This document shows positions 11,093-20,160 of a stretch of 32,000 bases of DNA, piece after piece (position 1 is the stretch's first letter; each line of letters starts with the position of its first letter). Both the position numbers and the translations under genes were made by a program. The notes beneath the pieces were generated by a model. The model had not been told where the DNA came from. It saw only the letters and a list, made by a program, of their open reading frames with translations, and did no database searches. Source of the DNA: Trichodesmium erythraeum IMS101 (GTDB lineage: Bacteria; Cyanobacteriota; Cyanobacteriia; Cyanobacteriales; Microcoleaceae); contig NC_008312.1 in the NCBI RefSeq assembly GCF_000014265.1, positions 120,001 through 152,000 on the forward strand, written 5' to 3'.

Positions 11093-11992
11093 ATGATGAT
11101 GGATAGTTTGGAAAAGTCGGCGATCGCTAATTTACTTTCAGACGAAAAACTCAAGCTCGTTAAACTGGATGAGCAAGAATATATGGAAGGACAAATTGCT
11201 TTTCGCAGTCAGCAAAATGAACAAGAGATGATGCTTGAAGCTACATTTCAAACTATAAAAAAATATAAGTCTTCACAAGAAAACTACAGTATCCTTAGTA
11301 TAGGTTGTGGCAGTGGACTTTTTGAAAAACCTTTTTTAACAGAGCTCCTTGAGTTGAATAAATCTGTTCATTTTGTGGGAGTAGACTCAAACAAATTAGG
11401 ATGTATAAAAATCAAAGAATGGTGTCAGGAACTTAGTAAATTTAAAGTGGATAAATTTAGATATCAAATTCATCCAGTTGAGTTTGAAAAATTTGAATCA
11501 TCCCCAACTTTTGATATTATCCTATTAATTCATTCATTTTACTATTTTTCAGAAATAGAATCCTCTTTCCAGAAAATTTATGAACTTCTTGGAGAAGAAG
11601 GGATAGTAATTATTGCAATAGCTGTAAAAACAGAATTAAAGGAGCCTAGTTACTATGTAAATCAGCGACTTGATCAAAAGCAAACAGTTTGGAGCCACGA
11701 TTTATATCAATTCTTTTCTGAACACCATATTTCTTTTCATAAAGAAGTTATAAACTCTTCAGTAAATATTGCACAATGTTTTCAGAAAGATTCTCAATTG
11801 GGTAGACATTTATTAGATTTTATAGTTAGTGCTAAGACGAGATATTTTTCTCCTTCACAATTAAAAGTATTGCTGGATTATTTGAGTAGCAATTCAAAAG
11901 AGTTGGAGGACGGAAAAATTATGATTCCAAGTTCTGTAAGCCTTTATTATTTTCAAAAGAAAAAGGAAGAAGAAGTCAAGAAAGGAACTTGA
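11093..11992 (+). CDS. Class I SAM-dependent methyltransferase, histamine N-methyltransferase (HNMT)-like
   Basis: SAM motif I is ILSIGCGSGLFEKPFL. By eye it aligns with HNMT over the whole length. Matching pairs are ILSIGGGAGEIDLQIL / ILSIGCGSGLFEKPFL, FDFIHMIQMLYYVKDI / FDIILLIHSFYYFSEI, MLIIVVS / VIIAIAV and ISDCF...LLWDFL / IAQCF...HLLDFI. Confidence 0.7.
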   Translation: MMMDSLEKSAIANLLSDEKLKLVKLDEQEYMEGQIAFRSQQNEQEMMLEATFQTIKKYKSSQENYSILSIGCGSGLFEKPFLTELLELNKSVHFVGVDSNKLGCIKIKEWCQELSKFKVDKFRYQIHPVEFEKFESSPTFDIILLIHSFYYFSEIESSFQKIYELLGEEGIVIIAIAVKTELKEPSYYVNQRLDQKQTVWSHDLYQFFSEHHISFHKEVINSSVNIAQCFQKDSQLGRHLLDFIVSAKTRYFSPSQLKVLLDYLSSNSKELEDGKIMIPSSVSLYYFQKKKEEEVKKGT

Positions 11993-12006
11993 GAAAAATT
12001 GTGAAT

Positions 12007-13308
12007 CTAATCAGTTATAAATCTATGAATCAAACTATGCCAAATTAAACCAATAAGAATTAATCCTAAACCTACTAACCAAATTTGCTTTTCTACCCAA
12101 AAAGCTAAAAATAAACAAGAAGCTAAACCTAGCCAACCTAACCATTTAGGATAAAGTCTTTCTTCTGGAGAAAGGTGGAGGGCAGCAAAATTAGTAATAG
12201 CATAATAAATTAATACATTAAAAGCACTAAAAGACCAAGTAGTTTTCACATCTCCAATTAAAACTAAACAAGCGATCGCTACTCCTACTATTACTACAGC
12301 TATATAAGGTGTAGTTTGCCCACTATCCAACCTAGCAACAACTTTAGGTACATCTCGTCGCCTCCCCATTGCTAACAAAACCCGCGACAACCCCAAAATC
12401 AGATTTAGCAGTACTCCCAACATTGCCGTAATAGCACCAATAGCAATTAACTTAGGAATAACAGGAATACCCAAACCTCCCACTTTAGCAATAACTTCTA
12501 AAGGTGCAACTAGACTTACATCTGCCTGAGATAATTTTTGAATTACTTCTTGACCCGCAAATACACTAACTATAGCGGTAGATATGTATAATACACAGGT
12601 AAAAATCATAGTTAGAGCGATCGCTCTAGGAATAGTACGTCGTGGTTCCTTTACTTCCTCGCCCAAAGTGGCAATACGACCATAACCAGTATAAGCGACA
12701 AACATTAAAGCAGTGGCTTGCAGTAAAGATGCTATAGGTTTATCCCCTGGAAAGAAAGGCATTAAATTCTTCCCTTCAGAGAAGACCACTTGAGGTACCC
12801 CTGCCAGAATAAACAGAACTAGAGAAAATAAGGTAATAGAAACAATAATAATATTAGTAACATTAGAACGACGAATTCCGCTTAACACAACTATAGTTAA
12901 TACAACCACCGCAGTTAAAGCAGTCAATACTAACCAAGTGTTATTATTCACACCAAAAGCATTAAGGAAATAACCAGCAAAACCTAAAGCAGCAGTAGCA
13001 GCAGAAGCACTTTTAGCGAATAGAAACATCCATCCGGCAATAAAACCCAACCAATTATTTAGATATTTGTAACCATATTCATAAGTACCCCCACTCACGG
13101 GATGGTTTGCCGCTAACTGGGCACTATTAAAAGCATTGCAGGTAGCAACAACACCAGCTACCGCTACTGCAATAATTACCGACGGACCTGCAATGCTAGC
13201 AGCAATACCAATACTGACAAATACTCCGGTACCAAGAATGGAACCATTACCCATGAGGGTAGCGCCAAACACGCCAATTTCTCGCCGAAGTTGAGGTGTA
13301 GATGCCAT
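12007..13308 (-). CDS. APC-superfamily amino acid permease
   Basis: 433 aa and about 12 hydrophobic segments. The N-terminal REIGVFGATLMGNGSILGTGVFV motif is typical of amino acid/polyamine/organocation transporters. Convergent with the methyltransferase gene, 14-bp gap. Confidence 0.85.
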   Translation of the reverse strand: MASTPQLRREIGVFGATLMGNGSILGTGVFVSIGIAASIAGPSVIIAVAVAGVVATCNAFNSAQLAANHPVSGGTYEYGYKYLNNWLGFIAGWMFLFAKSASAATAALGFAGYFLNAFGVNNNTWLVLTALTAVVVLTIVVLSGIRRSNVTNIIIVSITLFSLVLFILAGVPQVVFSEGKNLMPFFPGDKPIASLLQATALMFVAYTGYGRIATLGEEVKEPRRTIPRAIALTMIFTCVLYISTAIVSVFAGQEVIQKLSQADVSLVAPLEVIAKVGGLGIPVIPKLIAIGAITAMLGVLLNLILGLSRVLLAMGRRRDVPKVVARLDSGQTTPYIAVVIVGVAIACLVLIGDVKTTWSFSAFNVLIYYAITNFAALHLSPEERLYPKWLGWLGLASCLFLAFWVEKQIWLVGLGLILIGLIWHSLIHRFITD

Positions 13309-13327
13309 TTAATTTTTAATTTTTATC

Positions 13328-13600
13328 GGCTTTGTTGTATAAAGATAGAAAATATGGTAACAATAAGCGTGTGGCACAAGAAACCTATAGTAAGGGTAGA
13401 GATGAGTAAGTCCAAGTCCAAGTCTAAGTACCTCTTCAGCAACTGGTCGTAGGTCTGATGCGTCCCTAAGACAGAGAGGGAGCCTCACATTTTGGTTGAA
13501 TGATGAAGTCATAGAGCAGTGGGTAAATCAACAAAAAACTGGACGTAGGGGGGCATCAAATACCTATAGCAATACGGCCATTGAATTTATGGTCACTATA
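13328..13600 (+). mobile_element. IS903-group (IS5 family) element, left-end fragment (element coordinates 1-273)
   Basis: Looks base-for-base identical to 13601..13873. Starts with the terminal repeat GGCTTTGTTGTATAAAG and abuts the full copy directly. Confidence 0.85.
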
Positions 13601-14681
13601 GGCTTTGTTGTATAAAGATAGAAAATATGGTAACAATAAGCGTGTGGCACAAGAAACCTATAGTAAGGGTAGAGATGAGTAAGTCCAAGTCCAAGTCTAA
13701 GTACCTCTTCAGCAACTGGTCGTAGGTCTGATGCGTCCCTAAGACAGAGAGGGAGCCTCACATTTTGGTTGAATGATGAAGTCATAGAGCAGTGGGTAAA
13801 TCAACAAAAAACTGGACGTAGGGGGGCATCAAATACCTATAGCAATACGGCCATTGAATTTATGGTCACTATACAATCATTGTTTGGTCTGGCCGGACGA
13901 CAGACTGAAGGTTTTGTCGAATCTATATTTCAATTGATGGACTTAGATTTACCAGTACCAGACCATAGCACTGTATCCCGTCCCTTGCTCAAACTGAATA
14001 TCCAACTGCCAGTTATACCAACTAATGAAACTATTCCGTACAGTAGTAGACTCTACAGGGGTGAAAGTTTACGGAGAAGGTGAATGGAAAACAAAAGTTC
14101 ATGGTGTCAGTAAACGGCGTACATGGGGTAAATTACACCTAGGAGTAAATGAGGCTAAAGGAGAGATTGTCAGTGGAGTAGTGACTACCAATGATGTCAG
14201 TGATTCACAAGCATTTTCTGAACTTGAGAAATGGAGTAGATGGGGAAATAGCCCAAGTATCAGGAGATGGAGCAGAGCACAAGTATAAATGTTACGGGAA
14301 AGCTAACCAACTAGGAGCAAAAGTAACAATTCCACCCAGGAAAAATGCAGTAATAGGTCAACACGGCAACTGCAAATGCCCACCTCATCCCAGAGATGAA
14401 AACCTCAGAAGAATCAGAAAGGTAGGACGCCAAAAATGGAAGCATGAAAGTGGTTACCATCGGCGTTCTCTATGAGAAACCACAATGTTTAGACTCAAAG
14501 TGAGCTTTGGAGGTCAGTTACGACGAGGAAAATTCGAAAGCCCAAGCAGTAGAGTTGTTCATACAATGTGCCATGCTGAACCGTATGATTCAAACAGGTA
14601 AACCCAAAAGTCACAAAGTGAAAATCTAGTTAACTTCCTGATGGAAGTTTTTGGCGATCACTACTTTCATGCAACAAAGCC
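13601..14681 (+). mobile_element. IS903-group (IS5 family) insertion sequence, full-length copy A (1081 bp), transposase disrupted
   Basis: Terminal inverted repeats are GGCTTTGTTGTATAAAG... and ...CATGCAACAAAGCC (IS903 ends are GGCTTTGTTGAATAAATC). The transposase is split over ORFs 13769..14083, 14025..14288 and 14191..14475 (three frames), with a TGA at 14473-14475 and a further shift before the ...QAVELFIQCAMLNRMIQTGKPKSHKVKI end. Motifs: TYSNTAIEFMVTIQSLFGLAGRQTEGF, VVDSTGVKVYGEGEWK, GDGAEHKY, IPPRKNA, GYHRRSL.ETTMFRLK. Confidence 0.9.
13681..13704 (+). repeat. Four tandem hexamers AAGTCC AAGTCC AAGTCT AAGTAC in the IS leader (present in every copy of the left end)
   Basis: Read directly. 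Lies between the left terminal repeat and the transposase start. Confidence 0.8.
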
Positions 14682-15034
14682 ATTCCACCCAGGAAAAATG
14701 CAGTAATAGGTCAACACGGCAACTGCAAATGCCCACCTCATCCCAGAGATGAAAACCTCAGAAGAATCAGAAAGGTAGGACGCCAAAAATGGAAGCATGA
14801 AAGTGGTTACCATCGGCGTTCTCTATCAGAAACCACAATGTTTAGACTCAAAGTGAGCTTTGGAGGTCAGTTACGACGAGGAAAATTTGAAAGCCCAAGC
14901 AGTAGAGTTGTTCATACAATGTGCCATGCTGAACCGTATGATTCAAACAGGTAAACCCAAAAGTCACAAAGTGAAAATCTAGTTAACTTCCTGATGGAAG
15001 TTTTTGGCGATCACTACTTTCATGCAACAAAGCC
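14682..15034 (+). mobile_element. IS903-group element, right-end fragment (element coordinates 729-1081)
   Basis: Duplicate of 14329..14681 at an offset of 353 bp. I see two substitutions: 14827 C vs 14474 G, and 14888 T vs 14535 C. The first makes the codon TCA here where copy A has the stop TGA. Ends in ...CATGCAACAAAGCC. Confidence 0.85.
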
Positions 15035-15043
15035 CAATAATGG
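15035..15043. repeat. 9-bp CAATAATGG immediately outside an IS903-type right end; identical to 30598..30606
   Basis: Exact 9/9 match at the exact IS junctions. Similarity stops at the 9-mer boundaries. 9 bp is the IS903 target duplication length. Confidence 0.8.
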
Positions 15044-15252
15044 CATAAATATATTATTGGGAAAAATATAAATTTTTAACTATAACGATTTGCTGATATA
15101 ACTGAAAGCATTATTAGGTAATATTAACAGCAGCTAAAGTTGAGAATATAAATTTTCTCATCTTGATATTGCTGAAAGCTTTCATTGCCAATATTTATAC
15201 CTAGGATTTTCGCGGTCTAGTTAAACAAGAAATAATCCTTTAATATTTATTT

Positions 15253-15520
15253 GCAGTAAATGTTGATGGTGATGGAAATATAGATTTTCTGAGTGCTTAA
15301 AGCTCTGAAAAAAAATCGCCTTGTACCTCAACAATAGCAGCAATAACTTTACATCAAAGATGATTTGTACTAATACTAATGGTAGCCCTTCAGTCTTTGG
15401 AGTATAATATTTGGAGACAATGATGAGCAAATTTTGATCCTTGGCCAAAGAGACGATAGCATCTACGATGGTAGTCGTGATCAGGAACGAGATCATAAAG
15501 GAAACGATTCTAAAATCATA
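15253..15520 (+). pseudogene. Relic of an FG-GAP / RTX-repeat protein gene
   Basis: Frame-broken pieces: AVNVDGDGNIDFLSA* (FG-GAP DxDGDGxxD), KKIALYLNNSSNNFTSKMICTNTNGSPSVFGV*, and IFGDNDEQILILGQRDDSIYDGSRDQERDHKGNDS (degenerate GGxGxD repeats). The listed minus-strand ORF 15221..15496 is its antisense shadow. Confidence 0.35.
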
Positions 15521-15777
15521 AATATAAGTTTATATAAGTTTCATCAAAGTTTATCAGTCTATTTGAGTTATCTTTAATTATACTAAGAACAAAATCAATA
15601 ATAAGTAGGTCACTTTTGAAATTTGTCGCTATATAACAAAATGTAAGTTCACCTCAAATCAACTGTGTAGATGAGCTTGAATTTAGTATACAAATATTAA
15701 TATAGCTCGGTTGGTTGATAGCTATTTACTTAATATTATAATAGAATAAGTATCTTTTCTAAAAAGTCAAACTAATA

Positions 15778-18564
15778 ATGTTAGAATTTTTATTTACAGA
15801 TAACAGCGATCTCTCGCCAATATCTGATGTATTGAATGGAGTAAATACTCAACCGGACCCAATTAAGCTACAAGAAGTAACTTTACAAACTGAGTCAAAA
15901 AGTACCAATTTTGAGGTTGATAAATATAATGTAGAAACTGCTTTTATTCCTGATAAATATCAAACACATTTAGATAAAACTTTATTTACAGAACCAGAAA
16001 TTCTTAGTAAAGAATTAACAGAAAAATCTGTTGTTTTGAAGTATGCTAGTCAAAGCCAAAAAGACCCCCTAACAGGAGTAGAAGATGGAGAACAATTAGT
16101 AGGAAAATCCATAACTCAAGAACCACCTTTACTATTTACTGAAGTTTCTGAAAAAGGAAAGGTAAAAAGAAACTTTAAAAATTCACCTATAATTCGTCAG
16201 CGACTAGTTGAGTTAGACTTTAATCTTCTAGATAACACAGATGAATCTGACAAAATTATCAGATTAAACTTATTTTCAGATGTTACTCTAGATGTCAAAC
16301 TTGGGAAAGTAAAAAGTTCGCCAAATCAGCAAGATTGGGTAAGAACGGGTAAAGTTATAGGAGTCGAAAATAGTCAAGTTATTTTGATTAGTAGTAAAGA
16401 TGAAAATAATATTTTAGGAGAAATTAGACTGGACTACATAGAGCCAGGAAAACAAGATCAATTTTATGAAGTTCGTTCTACAGACTCAGATAAATTTGTA
16501 GTCAATCAACTAGAAAATCCTTCTTTCTATCATTGTTATATTTGTGGTGGTATTCATGAAATATCCAACCATCAAAATAACGAATCAAATTTAGAAGATA
16601 ACCTTGGCAATGGCCATTTTGATAGTGTTTTTAATAAAAAAGTCCTAAGAAAAACATCCCTATTATCTAGTAACAAAAAAATCAACGGTTTATTAACTAA
16701 AACACTTTGGGATACAGAAGAAGAAAATATAATTACTTATAGTTTTTTCTCAGAGCAAGCAATTAATTCATATTATGGAAGAGAAAATCCATTACCAGTA
16801 ACTGACCCTATTAAAATAAATGTCAAAGATATTTTTAATCTCTTTGAACAATATATAGATGTTAGGTTTCAAGAAGTAGGAGATACAGCAGATAACTACG
16901 GTCAAATACGAATAATGTTATCCAATGGACCATTACAAAATGAATCCCGTGGTTATGCATATCAACCACCAGGTACATCAGAAAATCCTGCTGATGGAGA
17001 TATACATTTATCATCTGTTTATCAAGACGAATACGAGGATGTTCCCGGAAGTTATGGTTATATAACTATCGCCCATGAAATAGGTCATGCTTTAGGCTTA
17101 AAACATCCTGGTAATTATAGTCCTGGAGAACGAGCTCCTTTCTTATCTTATGCTCAAGATAACAATACTAATACCATGATGACCTACATTGGTTTAGGTG
17201 GTTTAAATCAATATTCTACGACACCAATGACTTATGATATTCAAAGTTTACAATATTTATATGGTAGAAATAACAACTTTAATGCTGAAAATACAACTTA
17301 TTCATTTGATAGGGTTTATGGATTTTTTGATGGTAATCAATATTTAGGCAGTTCTGACACAGAAACAAAACTAACCCTGTGGGATGGGGGTGGCTTTGAT
17401 ACTATCGATCTATCGAAACTTCCCGATTTAGAATTAGCAGATTTTACTTATGATTATCGCATAGATTTAAGAGAGGGTGGGTTAATTACTACTACTGATG
17501 CTTATAACCAACATGAATATATTGCATTTCAAGATACTAGTGGTAAGAAATATAAGACTTCTACTTCCGGTACGGCGATCGCTTATGGTGCAGTTATGGA
17601 AAATCTAATTAATTCTCGTGGAGATGATTTGATTTATGCTAATAATGCAGCCAATAAATTTAGTGGTTATACACCAGGAAAATATACCGGAAATGATAAA
17701 ATTTTCAGGACAAATCAAAAGGATGTTTTAGACTTGTCAGAATATAGTAGTTCCCAAGTTAAGAGAAGGCGAAAGAAGAAAGATTTAATCCTTGACTTAG
17801 GTGAAGAAAATGGTTCAATTACTATTTCTAATTATTATGGAGTTAAAGCAAAAAAACGGATTGAGATATTGTATGAGAAACCAACTAAACCAGAAATTAC
17901 TATCAACGATATTACTGTAAATGAGGGTAATAGTGGAACACAAAGACCACAATTTACAGTCAATCTTAGTGAACCTAGTGAAAGCACCGTAAGAGTTAAT
18001 TTTGTTACCGTAAATAATAGAGCTAAAGCAGGTTCAGATTATCGACGTCGTAATGGCACTATTACTTTTAAACCAGGTCAAACCACAAAACAAATTACTG
18101 TACCTGTTTTAGGAGATACTGTTGATGAGTTTAATGAGAAATTCTTTGTCAAACTTAGGAAACCCCGAAATGCTACTATTGCAGATAATAAAGGTGTTGC
18201 AACTATTAAAAATGATGACTTAACAACTATTTCTATTAGTGATGCTAAAGTCACCGAAGGTGATAGTGATGAGAACAACGGTAGCTTTCAAGTAACTCTT
18301 GACCAAAAAAGTCCGAGGACAGTAAAAGTAGATTATGAAACTAAAGATAGTACAGCTATCAATGGTTCAGACTATCGTTCTAAAACAGGTACGATAAAAT
18401 TCAAACCTGGTCAGACAAAGAAAATAATTCAAATACCTATTATTGGTGACGAAAAAGTTGAAAAACAGGAATATTTTTGGGTGGAATTAAGTAATTCTCA
18501 AAATGCAGACATAGACAATAAAAACCGTGCTGGTTTAGGAACTATTCAAGACAATGATGAATAG
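15778..18564 (+). CDS. Serralysin-like (M10 metzincin) zinc metalloprotease with two C-terminal Calx-beta domains
   Basis: Zinc motif HEIGHALGLKHPG with Met-turn TMMTY, PMTYDIQSLQYLYG, and the serralysin C-domain signature LWDGGGFDTIDLS. Two repeats of the Calx-beta pattern follow (ITINDITVNEGNSG...GSDYRRRNGTITFKPGQTTKQITVPVLGD...KNDD and ISISDAKVTEGDSD...GSDYRSKTGTIKFKPGQTKKIIQIPIIGD...QDND). Confidence 0.85.
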   Translation: MLEFLFTDNSDLSPISDVLNGVNTQPDPIKLQEVTLQTESKSTNFEVDKYNVETAFIPDKYQTHLDKTLFTEPEILSKELTEKSVVLKYASQSQKDPLTGVEDGEQLVGKSITQEPPLLFTEVSEKGKVKRNFKNSPIIRQRLVELDFNLLDNTDESDKIIRLNLFSDVTLDVKLGKVKSSPNQQDWVRTGKVIGVENSQVILISSKDENNILGEIRLDYIEPGKQDQFYEVRSTDSDKFVVNQLENPSFYHCYICGGIHEISNHQNNESNLEDNLGNGHFDSVFNKKVLRKTSLLSSNKKINGLLTKTLWDTEEENIITYSFFSEQAINSYYGRENPLPVTDPIKINVKDIFNLFEQYIDVRFQEVGDTADNYGQIRIMLSNGPLQNESRGYAYQPPGTSENPADGDIHLSSVYQDEYEDVPGSYGYITIAHEIGHALGLKHPGNYSPGERAPFLSYAQDNNTNTMMTYIGLGGLNQYSTTPMTYDIQSLQYLYGRNNNFNAENTTYSFDRVYGFFDGNQYLGSSDTETKLTLWDGGGFDTIDLSKLPDLELADFTYDYRIDLREGGLITTTDAYNQHEYIAFQDTSGKKYKTSTSGTAIAYGAVMENLINSRGDDLIYANNAANKFSGYTPGKYTGNDKIFRTNQKDVLDLSEYSSSQVKRRRKKKDLILDLGEENGSITISNYYGVKAKKRIEILYEKPTKPEITINDITVNEGNSGTQRPQFTVNLSEPSESTVRVNFVTVNNRAKAGSDYRRRNGTITFKPGQTTKQITVPVLGDTVDEFNEKFFVKLRKPRNATIADNKGVATIKNDDLTTISISDAKVTEGDSDENNGSFQVTLDQKSPRTVKVDYETKDSTAINGSDYRSKTGTIKFKPGQTKKIIQIPIIGDEKVEKQEYFWVELSNSQNADIDNKNRAGLGTIQDNDE

Positions 18565-18826
18565 CATTTCTCAAAAACTTTTCTAATTGGCACTTTAATT
18601 AGGATACCCACTCCTAACCTCAAGCCTAGTGGGGGAGTGGGGAACTAAGAGAATAGGTGTAGGGACGGTTGCATAAGGGCATCTATACAACAGAAGAATA
18701 ATTAATACACTTCTGGGGTAATAATTATCACAAAGGTGATCGTAGTCTGTTGTTAATTACTTTCATATTTGATGTGTTAACCTAAATATAGGATGATTTT
18801 AGGAGATTGGTTTAATAAATTAAAGT

Positions 18827-19906
18827 GGCTTTGTTGCATGAAAGTAGTGATCGCCAAAAACTTCCATCAGGAAGTTAACTAGATTTTCACTTTGTGACTT
18901 TTGGGTTTACCTGTTTGAATCATACGGTTCAGCATGGCACATTGTATGAACAACTCTACTGCTTGGGCTTTCGAATTTTCCTCCTCGTAACTGACCTCCA
19001 AAGCTCACTTTGAGTCTAAACATTGTGGTTTCTCATAGAGAACGCCGATGGTAACCACTTTCATGCTTCCATTTTTGGCGTCCTACCTTTCTGATTCTTC
19101 TGAGGTTTTCATCTCTGGGATGAGGTGGGCATTTGCAGTTGCCGTGTTGACCTATTACTGCATTTTTCCTGGGTGGAATTGTTACTTTTGCTCCTAGTTG
19201 GTTAGCTTTCTCGTAACATTTATACTTGTGATCTGCTCCATCTCCTGATACTTGGGCTATTTCCCCATCTACTCATTTCTCAAGTTCAGAAAATGCTTGT
19301 GAATCACTGACATCATTGGTAGTCACTACTCCACTGACAATCTCTCCTGTAGCCTCATTTACTCCTAGGTGTAATTTACGCCATGTACGCCGTTTACTGA
19401 CACCATGAACTTTTGTTTTCCATTCACCTTCTCCGTAAACTTTCACCCCTGTAGAGTCTACTACTGTACGGAATAGTTTCATTAGTTGGTATAACTGGCA
19501 GTTGGATATTCAGTTTGAGCAAGCGACGGGATACAGTGCTATGGTCTGGTACTGGTAAATCTAAGTCCATCAATTGAAATATAGATTCGACAAAACCTTC
19601 AGTCTGTCGTCCGGCCAGACCAAACAATGATTGTATAGTGACCATAAATTCAATGGCCGTATTGCTATAGGTATTTGATGCCCCCCTACGTCCAGTTTTT
19701 TGTTGATTTACCCACTGCTCTATGACTTCATCATTCAACCAAAATGTGAGGCTCCCTCTCTGTCTTAGGGACGCATCAGACCTACGACCAGTTGCTGAAG
19801 AGGTACTTAGACTTGGACTTGGACTTACTCATCTCTACCCTTACTATAGGTTTCTTGTGCCACACGCTTATTGTTACCATATTTTCTATCTTTATACAAC
19901 AAAGCC
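18827..19906 (-). mobile_element. IS903-group insertion sequence, copy B (1080 bp, inverted relative to A and C), transposase disrupted
   Basis: Same termini as copy A (GGCTTTGTTGCATG... at 18827, ...TATACAACAAAGCC at 19906). Shares the first frameshift and the TGA corresponding to 14473. Lacks one G relative to A (GAGAAATGAGTAGATGGGG vs GAGAAATGGAGTAGATGGGG). Flanking 9-mers AATTAAAGT and ATAACGGAC do not match. Confidence 0.9.
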
Positions 19907-20160
19907 ATAACGGACCAAAAATTGAGAGGCAATTTTTCCAACTACCTCCTAGTTAATTCCTATTTAGACCTAGGTCTGTTCCATGCAACCTCCCTACCTA
20001 CTCTTAAGTTCTGAGTTCTAACCTTACTCATAAAACTTTTTCACTCAAGCATAATTAGGACAATAAAGCCCGCTTCTTGTTTGGATATTTAAGTTCTGAA
20101 CCACATCTTTTCTTTTTTCAAACCCTAATAATTCAAACTTAGTCTACCAATTTACATCAA

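Noticed and set aside
13309-13785. ORFs 13309..13512 and 13564..13785 (also 19722..19910 and 30576..30791) encoding MTSSFNQNVRLPLCLRD..., considered as real genes
   Set aside because: They lie antisense across the IS903-like left end, with variable C-termini dictated by whatever flanks each copy, and I recognise no family. They are treated as part of the IS. Only the outward-reading geometry at the permease is kept, as a low-interest finding.
13769-14475. Programmed ribosomal frameshifting as the explanation for the three overlapping transposase ORFs
   Set aside because: Both shifts would be +1 and have no slippery heptamer or A-run at the overlap. IS903-group transposases are single ORFs. 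There are further lesions (the TGA at 14473 and another shift near the C-terminus). Mutational decay is the simpler reading.
13328-15034. Repeat array (273-bp and 353-bp direct duplications), considered as CRISPR or tandem satellite
   Set aside because: The repeated units are simply terminal portions of the IS903-like element. There is no short repeat-spacer periodicity and no cas genes.
15221-15496. 91-aa minus-strand ORF
   Set aside because: The opposite strand reads as FG-GAP/RTX relics, so this ORF is their antisense shadow.
18078-18278. 66-aa minus-strand ORF inside the metalloprotease gene. The same applies to 20698..20889, 21480..21677, 27725..27955, 29257..29550 and 29628..29855 inside pirin, VKOR, Ap4A phosphorylase and por.
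   Set aside because: All are embedded in strongly supported CDS on the other strand or in another frame. They are shadow ORFs.
13328-19906. Tn903-style composite transposon: inverted IS903-like copies A and B flanking the metalloprotease gene
   Set aside because: The outer 9-mers do not match (ATTTTTATC at 13319-13327 vs ATAACGGAC at 19907-19915). Both transposases are defective and the left arm is itself a composite. There is no evidence that the unit moved as one piece.
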